DNA of 64,000 nucleotides from the NCBI RefSeq assembly GCF_964204645.1, contig NC_134026.1, forward strand, positions 16,960,150 to 17,024,149, read 5' to 3'. Made by a program: the position numbers and the translations under genes. Below the pieces are notes generated by a model. That model was not told where the DNA came from, did not search any database, and saw nothing but the letters and a program-made list of their open reading frames with translations. Shown here one piece after another: positions 26,501 through 38,500 of this stretch (positions are counted from its first letter, which is position 1; each line of letters opens with the position of its first letter). This DNA is from Tubulanus polymorphus. Lineage: Eukaryota > Animalia > Nemertea.

Positions 26501-29500
26501 TCTCTTTCTGACTCACGAGACTAACACGAGAATCAAGATGGCGGCCCCATGGCGTGACATGTTAGATAAAAAAAAGCCTGTAATGCAGCTGCAAAAATAC
26601 ACTATCTTCATGGATAAAATCTAAAATTCTCTAACTTCAAGGGGGACTCGAGCTCCCCCTGTTCGCGCCTACGGCACTCAGGTACCCACTACGTGGGTGC
26701 ATTGCCGTGATACTGACTTGTTCAATTTTCTACTTCTTAGTTTTTTGTAACATCCGAAATTTCCACGGATTTGATGAAGGCCCTCTGGGATCCCTGCACT
26801 ATACTTTCCACAAAGCCATAAAAGCACACTTAACCCTTTCGTTTCGTGGTACACGGTCACTGGTGACCCGCATTTTAATAGAGAATTTTCATAATACCCA
26901 TGCGCCATCTATCACAAAACCTTGTAAGTAATTCAGCTACTTTGTACAAACAGTTGTTTCAAAATAGATTTAGTGTATCAATATTAGTTAAACTATTCCT
27001 GTAATTGTGCGGACTACGTACCTTGCTACACTAAAACAGCCATAATTTTTTTATCAAAGAGAATTTACCTTCAAATTCAGATAATCATCAGAACATAGTG
27101 CAGAATAAAAAAAGCAGGCTTTTTTTAGCAACTGGTTGGATATCCGAATTTTATTTAAGCTTTTTATGAAAAACTATGTAAAATATGTTAATTAGGTCAC
27201 GTGACGCACATAATTAGTATGAAAATTAAATTTTTTGTCACCAAAATGTTTGGCCACTACGTTGCCCTCTGTGGTTTCAGTACCCCTTTCATAACACTTA
27301 CGGTATCTTGATACCAGGGGTTTTAGTAAAATCAAAAATTCCGATTTCTGGCTCAGTACAGTGGGTGGATGTATGGTCAGTACTGAGCAGAAAGGGTTAA
27401 GCATAACGTGATAAAACTACGCAATAAATCGCGAGAGATGCATGAAATATAAGTCCCGCAATCACAAGTTCGAAAGAGATTTTAAAACATCAAAACTATC
27501 GCATGTTGTATATTAGATAATGATACTTATGTAGACCATCAGGACTGAAGTCCATAGGAAAAATTTGATTAGTCTATTGAAGGCACGTTACTGACTTTTC
27601 TTAATAGAAAATTTTGTCAATTCCAGATTGGTTACAGACTTACCTGGGCTTGAGTCTATTAAGGCAATATTCATGTATTTGACTCAACTGCTTAGCCTTT
27701 CTTCCGTGTGAATACTTCACCGTGTATTTTTGAGCGAGCCTATGTCAACGGTCTGGGCGAAAATGTGGTTTCAAAATGCGGAAATTTACTTCTGTGTGCC
27801 GGCTGATTTACTGATAGCATCGAATTTTTGAGATGAAGACTGATATCTACACAACTGGAATACTTGTTTTATCATCATTAATTGAAGTCATTTTATTGAC
27901 GTTGGCATTAGCGATCCGTTAGCCAAGTGTGCCTATTACATGATCTATCTTTTAAGTTCATTACGTAATCACTGCCATTCAAACCAGCACATTACTGGAT
28001 TGAACAGCAAAAGTGCAAAAAAGGTTTTAACTGAAATTGAATGAATATATATTTATAGAAACGTATTATTTTGTCTGATTTAGACAAGTCATGACTGTCT
28101 GTGATATGGGGATATAGGTTTATGAAATAACTACATAAAGTAAAGAATCTATGTAAAATATCATTCAAGTCCATTTTAAGTACTTGGATGGATAAAGAAT
28201 AATTTTAATTATAATCATAAACTACCTTCCCAAAATTTGATATAAAATGATACTATGCATTCATTAATTCACTGAATACTACCATATACTACAGAGACCT
28301 TTACTGGTATATTAAAACAGAATTTCTTTTCCTCTTTTTATTAATAAGATCATCCCATGGGTCCAAATTCGTCATTTCAAGGTAAGGAACAAAATATCAG
28401 TGTTTGTCTTAAGTGTTAAGTGTGCGGTTGAAACGTTTCTTTAGTTGTTTTCCAAAGTTACATTCTGTTTTTGTTATTCGCTTTTTGAACTATCCACGTA
28501 ATCCTTTATTTTCATTTGCACGCACGATATAAGAAATGACAAATTGTTTGATGTTGTAACATCGATAGGGGAATGACTGATGGAGCGGTATCATTGTAAG
28601 TGCCATGGAAAGATTCAGCTAATATGCATAGTTATGATATACTATGATAAGAACGAGTACATCATTAGTTTTTGGGGATTTTTGGCTCGCAGTAGCGAGC
28701 CTATGTCGATGGTCTGGCCGATGAACGTTTTGGATCTAGGTTTGACTATAAATTTCAGCAGGTCAGACAAAGCCAGGAAATTTATTCGTATGGTTAAAAT
28801 CAATTAGCCTTTCTTCGTGTGAATACTTCACCGTGTATTTTTGAGCGAGCCTATGTCAACGGTCTGGGCGAAAATGTGGTTTCAAAATGCGGAAATTTAC
28901 TTCTTTGTGCCGGCTGATTTACTGATAGCATCGAATTTTTGAGATGAAGTCTGATATCTACACAACTGGAATACTTGTTTTATCATCATTAATTGAAGTC
29001 ATTTTATTGACGTTGGCATTAGCGATCCGTTGATGCAACACAGTGATGAGCGTTCGCGTTGAAAACAGTCGCGTAGGCAATATAGCTTTGTTTGTACCGT
29101 ATCTTAATGGGTCACTCATAGTTTTAGTGTTCTACGTCATTCAAGGGATATCTTAGAATTATGAAGATTTGTTCAGACAAAAGGCCGATAATCAATTTTT
29201 CAAAGAGTTATCATTAAAAGTTCACATTGACAAAAATTGAATCCTTTTCATATAATATTTTTCTTGTTGAATTTTCATGAAATGAATTTTTGCATCCCGG
29301 TAGCCTACGTGACAGATTTTTTATGTCCCACCAGTTTGCCGAGCCACCGGACCATTGGTCCTTTATTCAATTCATAAACTGTGGGCGGGAGGTTTGGAAT
29401 GGTTACACTTCTCTGCGGTATGACGAAGTGAGTTATCATACTTGAATGAACTGCTGTCACAGCGTCTTTGTATAGATAGTCCCAAAAGCAGCATAAATGT

Positions 29501-32500
29501 CCCCTAGGTAAATCCCCCTTCCCAAGTCTAAGTTCACAACAAAATTTATCAATATTTTCATGTTGATAATGAAAAACTTAGATGTTTTCAATCGTAATAA
29601 GTACCTTATTAACTCTAGATGGCAGTAATTCCTTCATTACCTGTATGGTTTAATCACTGATAAGGAATGTTTGGTCTAGGGACTTGTAGGGGTTCGATTG
29701 AATTCGATCATTTAAACTGTTGGCAATATGGTTTCTAGAAAAAATATCATTTTTGACATCATTATATTTTGACACGTCTTCATGATGGCTGTGGCGAACT
29801 GTTCAGGGCTTAGCCTCTTAAGGTTTAGGGGCAGCAACAAGTTCATAAGTCATTTTACAAAACAGTATTTCCACAGCTTACAAATGCCTATTTTTTATCC
29901 CAGTTCTTAAACCATTCATTAAAACAATTACAGTTTTTGTTTTATCTCAAATGTTAATGAGCTACATAATTAAGGAGTAATTACGCCAATTATAGAGGGC
30001 AGCACAGTCTTAACAAGTCAAGTGACTGCCAATTCAATTCAATTGATATTTTATTGATCCAAATCCCTTCTCATTTGTTGATGTTTCAGTGAGAAAGATA
30101 TAGAAAGATTTTTTAATTGAAAAAATGCAAGGAAATCATACAACTGGACTGCCAATTCATTGGCCAATACTCTTCTAAATACCAGGCTTGTCAAATTCAT
30201 ACTGAGAAAATATATTTTAGTCATAAAGAGTCCTAAATATGGGATCCTATCATTTCTACATACCGGTACACAAATTTATGATTGAAAAATAACCTTTTTA
30301 ATGTATATTTCTTTGGAAATTCATTTCACGATCTAAGCTTTTGAGCTTATTTTGTGCTCAGAAAAGTTGACTTCATTTTGGCGACACAATAATTCAGTGT
30401 GGGTGGTCACCATAAAAAAATTTTAATGATTTAATGTTTATACATGTATCTTTATTTTGCCTGACTAGCTTTATTTCATAATGAAATGTTACTTTTCCTT
30501 ATTGCATATTAGCACCAAGTAGAGAACATCCGGCCTTAACTAGAAATTGATTTCAAAGTAGGAGAGCCACAGCCATTGATGGTTTGGCTTAGCATTGAGA
30601 ATTGTTGCTCACGGCTGAACTCACAAATGTGAAAAAATTGTGATTGACCTGACCATGATTATAGTGCATCTTGCAAGGTTTCATTACTCATCTAGTTTAT
30701 CAGTCATACTTGACTGATTTGTTGAAGATCCATTCCTTGTGAACACCCAAGCTACAGGTCTCAGAATCTGGACTTTTGGACTCAAAAAGGTCACAGAACA
30801 GCTGTCTTTTGTCCGTCTCAATTTTTCTTACAATGATATGCACATTGTAGGAGAAACCACAGGGATCCAGATGTGTAGTGATTACAATTCTTTGATACAC
30901 CGCGATCATCTCCACTGAGATAGACTTAAACTGACAGTCTGCTGTGTGTACTAGCTGCTAGTGCTTAAAGTGCTAGATGGAGCTACTTGTAATGATGTAG
31001 ATGGTGGAGAAAGTTAATTGCTTCATTAAAATCATTAAAAACCTGCGTAAATAGAAATGATCTCTTTTCCTTGATTTTAGGAAAATTGAGAATTATTTTA
31101 GGGGTTACATTTTTATGGAGCCACTCGGGACACAACAAAGACATTGTTTCAATCATACCATGAATTTGTACCATATTGTACGTGTTTGATAGTGTATGTT
31201 GTATCTATTGATTTGATTTTTTATATGATTGTAGGTCACCCGGGAATGGGTCCAATGCAGAGAATGAGTCATCCTGGCCGAATGCCAGGACCAATGAATC
31301 CTGTAAGTTTGAAGCGCTTTCTTCACTTGTGTCCATGGATTAACTGTTCAATATTGCATTAACCAATATAAGCTCTTCTCTTTGAAATCCATTCTCAGAA
31401 GACATTTGACTTGTTTGATGATTGAATCTTTAATCTTTTTTGGCCAATACATTTCAAAAATTTGACAGCTAAATGGCACTGAATGTTATAGTGTTTATGT
31501 AACCTAGGCGAATCCTAGGGATTTTTCGTTGAAATGTGATTTGGAATTTTGATGCCTTTCAAAATGTTCAGTAAATATATTGTAGCCAGCTGGGTGTTAT
31601 ATCACCACCAACTGGCTAATATTGCCACCAACCACTAGTTGCTCTCAGAATGCTTGATAACACGTTCATTACCACTGTGATAAAACTGATTGTGATTACC
31701 CCAATTCAGGGATGAGAATTCCCCGCGGATCCTCGAATTTCGGTATTGTAAAATATCAATTTTTCAAATAGTCCAAAAATGATGTAAAGTATGGGTGGGG
31801 GGGGGGGGGTGATGATCATTCAATTGGTCTTGCGCGATCGGTAATCAGGTGAACCGTAAAAGCGTTCAGTGCCTGTTTTACTTATCGTCGCGTAAAAGTA
31901 TCGCATTTCAATGCATATTGATTTTGTATCTACATTTGTTCTATGATGAGTGTGAATGTATTTTATCGATCGGTTGCAGACACGCGTGCGCGGCAACAGT
32001 AGTAATGTACATAGGCCTACTTACTGTTGCCGCACGTGTGTGGCGAACGTCTTCAGATATTATACACTACTGGGTGATGATTTTTAGTGAGCATTAATCG
32101 GCGCGTTTTTAACTGCAATAATTCAGGGCTCGACCAGTAATGCATGAGATGCTGAATGTCATCGAATGAGGATGTACCACATTGGAACTAGCCATTACCT
32201 TCCAAAATATGATAAGTTCATGGGTTCAAGATCGCTCTAAGTGCTCGGAAAATGCTTTTAATTTCTAAAAATTTTCCGTCAGCTGGTTCGCGTGTGCAAC
32301 TCTAATAAAAAAACGCGGATTTTATAGGTCAGCGTTCTTATCTCTGCCAATTGCCACTACGAATATACTAGTAAATTGACACTGGAGCTGCATATAACAT
32401 AATATGCCTTTGCTCAAAGTCGAACAATCAGCTTTGAGAATGGAGCCGAGTCACATTGCCAGCCAATCAGAAACTGTGTCATTTCTGTGCGCATGCCAGA

Positions 32501-35500
32501 GTGTGGATATCTTAAGTGAATAGATAGAATCGGCTATGAGTATATATCTAGTGGCACTGATGGAAGTACATTGTATGATTATACTTGTAGCCGGTAGCAA
32601 ACTTATTACACTTCCCCATTTTCAAAATGTAGATCTACTATTTAAGATATTATCCGAGAATGGCTGTGGCTTGGTACTGAGTGGAGCACATAAATTTCAG
32701 TTGATCAGATGAGTCACTATACATGAACATTCATACGTAGCCTCACAGGCTAATGGAAATTCCATTGAATGAACTATTTGATTGGGAAAGATTAATCCCC
32801 CTAACACACTTAATACATTTCAGTTTTTATTTGGATTGTTCATCTTATGCATTGGCTGACTGTTTTAATTTAATATTTATCAGTGTGTTTTAATGAATGC
32901 TTTTTTGTTACAGAATTATGCTCCTGGTATGAGAGGTCCACCACCAAATAATATGGGACCAGGTGGTCCTGGCGGTCCTGGTGGACCTGGCGGTGTACCG
33001 CCTATGTCAATGTAGGTCATTTAATCGAGTTTACCCTGATATTAGAAAATGAATTAGATCATCTTTATTCATCAATGGGGAACCTGCAAAACCAACTATC
33101 CCACCAGATGGCGTGAGGAGCAGTAGGTCGTCTGTTGTCAAGATTAGTACATTTTCACTGAACTTTGAACTGGATTTTTAGACTACCGAATCCATGTATT
33201 ATCACAGCACCCACCAAATATACAAAACTTTCATAATAATTGAATCATTTAAGAGATAAGTTCATCTAGATTTAATTGAAATGTAGCAGGAACGCGGATG
33301 CTAACTCTATCTACTGGCGAACCTGGTGGGCCTGCCATACGTAGAATCCTCAATTGCCACAGTAGCACTGCAGGTACCCCATTGATATCATATTCAATGT
33401 TGGTTATGTTTGTTTTTCATATCATCCTATAGGCCTGGTGGACAAGGGAATCGACCATGGCCTCCTACGTCACAATCATCTGTAAGTACCTATGTATTGC
33501 TCGAACTGGCGGCGTGTTGTAAAAGAATTTGAATTCAACTTAAGTGAGATCTGTTTTGCCAAATTTCCTTTCTTGACTTCTTATCGATGAATTTAACTGG
33601 CTCCCATGGCACTCAGTAGGAAGCATACCCTATGTGCTATCAAATCCTTTTATTAGCTGTGCTCACACCTTTTATTAGCTCTGCTCACACGAAGCTATAT
33701 GTCCAGGTACATATAAAACGAAAATAGTCCCAGCCGCCTATTGATTCACTTTTTGTACATAGTCCCTGCGATCGTTGGTCCATCTACAGTTGTAATCCAG
33801 TAATTTATGGATGTTTTGAAAACTATTCATTGGATTGTCTTGATATTTGGTTATACATCTAACCTGGACATCGTCAGTCCGACAACTGATTTGGTCACAA
33901 TCAAGATGGTTGACTGTCGGCCATTGTTATTTGCCAAAATCATGACTTTTTACATGACAATGCTTCAATTATCTTGATCTTTCATGTATGCGTACTTGTT
34001 TTTCCTAGGACCCATTAGCTTAAGCAAAAATGGTGTCGATCGGACGCTGCAGTTCCTTGACCTTTTCGACACCTGAAAAGTAATTTCAGGCCTTAATTCT
34101 AATACCTGTTGCTTCCTAGTGTTAATCATATTTCATAGAAATGTGTGATGGGTATACTTTGTTAAAAGATCATTAACATATCAGACAGATTTTTCTATCA
34201 GAGTATTTCACGGTATCTGTGGTTATCTTTGGCTCATCATTCGTAGATGGAAAAAGGTTTTCTGAGGAAAATATCAAAGGGTTTTAACTTAGTTATTGCA
34301 ATAATCATCAGGGATGATAATTTTCAGCGGATTTCCGCCCCCTCAATCAATTTTTATCATTTCTCAGATCGATGCAAACCCGTTGAAAAAAATGGGGGGG
34401 CGTGGTGAGGATAATGGCATCTTAAGGATAGATTGGTATGACCATAAAAGCGTTTCCCGATCTATTTTTAAATGCGATCATTTTCGTTAACAAAGTTTTA
34501 TCTATCTGTTGCCCGACCATGTGTCTGTGGATATATGTATCAACATTATTGATTGTTTAGCGAGTGTTGCTCGCGTGTAGTGCTGAAAAACGGCTTTTGC
34601 GGCCCGTAAGGTGGCGCCGCCTACATTGTTTTTCTTATGCAAATGAATAGCTGATGAGCATCTTGACTCGTCTTGGAACTAGCAGTGTGTTAACGGTAAA
34701 ACATCAGACGATGTTGTTTGATTCTCCGAGTGATATTTCAATGTTAAAACTACTTCACGCCTAAAGCGTTCGTTATTTCTAAGTAATAACAAGATTTAGA
34801 ATTTTCCGCCTTTTTAATGATGCCCTGTTATCATCCCTGAATCATGATATTAAATAATCATATAATGAAATAATACCATAATGATAATCATATAATCATA
34901 TATTAAGAAAAATATATGATTATTGTAATAACTGTCATGAGATGTATCTCCTCATATGGAATTGGGGTTACCCAGATTTTTGTTCCTCCCGTCATGAAGA
35001 GTTAGATATTGAATTGTATACAATATTGTCTTTTTACATTGGTACAAATGCATATACTGTAACCATAATCAATTGCAAAGTTGTAGCTCATGACATATTC
35101 AATTATTGTGATGAGTTTCGAGGTCATTGGTTTTTGTATATGTTTTCCAGGGGCCCTTAAATATTGAGATCATCATATTGTCAAACATTTCACTAAGTGG
35201 GCATAGTGTCCGTGGATCCCTAGTTTATCAACTGTTCGGGTACGAAAAACATCCTATGGGACACCATAATGTCCAGGGGTATAATAATGCGAACACAGCA
35301 CACCTCAGTTTTATGGGCAGTTTGCTTCATTGAAATTCTGCTGGGATAAAGTAAAGCAAATTGTGTTACATGTCATCAAATCCATCTAGCTTTAAAGGGT
35401 CTTCAATTCATATTGCAGATGAATTATTCATCGGCGTCTCCTGGAACGTATAATGTAAGTCTTGATTCTTATTTCTCTTAAACCATATGTATTTTTCTGA

Positions 35501-38500
35501 AATCTACGAGCAATCATCTGAACAGATGGGAACTCGGCCTATATTCCCATACATTCAGTGACACAAACAGTCATTAATGATTGAAAAGTTTATTGAATTC
35601 ATACAGGAATTATGATCGCCATTTTATGATTCCACTTAAATGTATTTACGTACTAGGTAAACTGAAATACTCTTTGTGTTTTGAATTTTAGGGTCCACCA
35701 CAAAGTGGTCCACCTGGAACGCCTATAATGCCAAGCCCGCAAGGCAAGTAACCCACTGTATCCCAAATTCTGTATTGCTTTTCTCCTTTGCTCCTTCCTC
35801 TCTTTTCTCTTTTTTGTTCACTTGTCTCAAGTAAATATATGTTACCAGCTGCATGTTAATACAGCAGGCTGGTTAGGGAACTGGCACCGCATTCTATCCA
35901 TCAGGAACAACAAGGCCATTAACTCTCGTATGTACCGATAAGAAAATCATCCGGTTTTTCCCAGATATCCGTTTTTCTGGTTCATTTCTGATATCCATGC
36001 AAAGGTGTTGGTTCTGGGTAGAGATTGACCATAAAAGCGTCAATTTTTTTACATGTTTATGTTTGTTTGCCTCTGTCTTTATAGCAGTAAAGGCGTTAAT
36101 CTCTTACTTATAGATAGATGATTTGCAGTAACTGTATGGCGGTGATCAAACAGACAGTTTATTTTGATAATTTAGAATTTCCTGAGTATTCGAAAAATCC
36201 AGACTCCCAAATTTGCAGTTATAAAAATCCAGAATTCCAGAGTAGTAGCAACTCTGAATTGATGAAAACCTGTGTTTCTGATGGAGAGAGTGCTACTTCC
36301 AAGCAGGTTACACTAGATCTCTCGATTTTGTAAAGATCTCAGAGTTCTCCATGACTAAAAGACTTTTGTTCATCTAAGAACACTTGAGATGATTACGAAC
36401 ATTTCATGAATCACATTTCATCGCTTTCTTAGACTTTTTAGATTAGATTAGATTTTTTCCATTGCTGCGATACTTAGGGTCTTTTCGTGAGGCATTTCAA
36501 TCTTCACTTTCAACTTAGCATTGATTTTGTTTGATTAAGCTAGTGCAAACAAGTTTGCACTTTTGATATTTAAATGGTGTTGTGAGGTTACGTTTGTGAA
36601 CTCTGTCAGCAAGGGCTGGGTGGCAGACCGTTTATCTATTGGCACCATACTACCCGCTCCAACCAAAGTGAATCAACTGTCCAGCAAATGCACTGATTAG
36701 CGTAAACCATGTGGCTAACAAGTGCACGATTTACGATCTTTTTTAACCATCTAAATTGATTCACCTCGCAAAAATACCTCGAGTAACTGGAGATTATTGG
36801 TTCATCGGACTCGCATCATAATAGACAGGTTCTGCTATGTTCTTTTCCAAGATCGACTTTGAGATAGGAGAATGTTGTGTCACAGAAAATGTGACGTAGC
36901 ACATATTTGTGTGCCGTAAATGTAACCCGTTCTCAGAAGATGTGATATCAAACTGTCTTATCACATAACATCTAAATGAGTCGGTGTTAATTGCATTCTT
37001 AATCTAAGAGCATGTACTTAATATATTTACCATGAATATATAGAGTATATAGCGGTAACTAGTGCGTATTGCTACCCAAATGATCTAGCAAGAAATGGCT
37101 TAACAAATTCATGTTCATTGTGCCCTTTTAGAGAGATAGGAGAATGTTATGTCACAGAAAATGTTGTGACATAGCACATATTTGTGTGCCGTAAATGTAA
37201 CCCGTTCTCAGAAGATGTGATATCAAACTGTCTTATCACATAACATCTAAATGAGTCGGTGTTAATTGCATTCTTAATGTAAGAGCATGTACTTTATATA
37301 TTTACCATGAATATATAGAGTATATAGGGGTACTAGTGCGTATTGCTACCCAAATGATCTAGCAAGAAATGGCTTAACAAATTCATGTTCATTGTGCCCT
37401 TTTAGACCAATTTCCACCGTATATAGGCAATGCATGCATGTTTGCGAATATTCTTTATGTAGCTGGCAACTGAAATGGTACATATGCTGAATATTTTTTA
37501 TATCTTTTTACATTTTGCCTGAATACATTTGTTTTTTATGCCCCTGGCTCAACTTTAGTTGAGAGGGGCATATAGATTACGGTAACCCCTGTGTGAGTAC
37601 GCCGCCGCCGCAAGTGACGTCAACAGCCTACAGGCCGTAATTGTTGACCAATTCATTTCAAACTTGGTACACAGGTAGGATATCACTTGGGCCAGAACCC
37701 TATCTAAAATTGGGTCAATTCGATTCAAATTATGGCCACCAGGGGGCTGGCATAAAAAACAACGTTAACGGCCTAGAGGCTGCAATAGTTGACTGATTCA
37801 TTTCAAACTTGGAACACAAGTGGGATATCACTTGGGCCAGAACCCTATTTAAAATTGGGTCGATTACTTGAGGCCGCAATTGTCGACCGATTTGTTGACC
37901 AAATTATTCACACTTTGTACACATGTTCTCTAATATCATTCTTATAGAAATAATTGTGGCCATGATATTTCTTAGGCATTTACCACAAACCCTGTAACTT
38001 CACATGGCGGTGAATTTCCTGGGGCATTCGAGTATTGCCTCATTCTAGTTAAAATCGAAAGATATCTACGCAGATCATCCGATAACATTTCAAAGTCAAA
38101 TCTATGGATGAGGCTGTTAGATGACCTTTTAACCTCAAATGCATACAGCACAAGATAGTCATCTTCAGCTAAAAATGCCCATTACATGTGCACTGCTGCC
38201 AAGGTGTTCTCAAGCCGATGACCCCGACTGATATAGTGGAAACGAAAGCTCTTAACGGGACACCGTGATTGTAAACCGCGATAAGCTTATCCCGTTCTCA
38301 GTCACGGACTGACATCAGAACCTGTCTAATAGACGGGCGCCTAAGGCGCCCGGAGGACGTCCCTTTGGTTAACGCGTATATTTGGATACTACGAAGTGTC
38401 TTCTTAAACGATTCTGACTAGCTGACAAAGTCAGAAAAAAATGACGTCACTTGACGTCCGGTTTGAAGTTCATGGGGAAATCGGAAGTAGAATTACGTCA

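Noticed and set aside
30700-30915. Coding-looking minus-strand ORF
   Set aside because: No recognisable motif or supporting splice structure.
38208-38258. Third hammerhead (ccgatga...gaaagctc)
   Set aside because: Core mismatch and poorly paired stems I and II.
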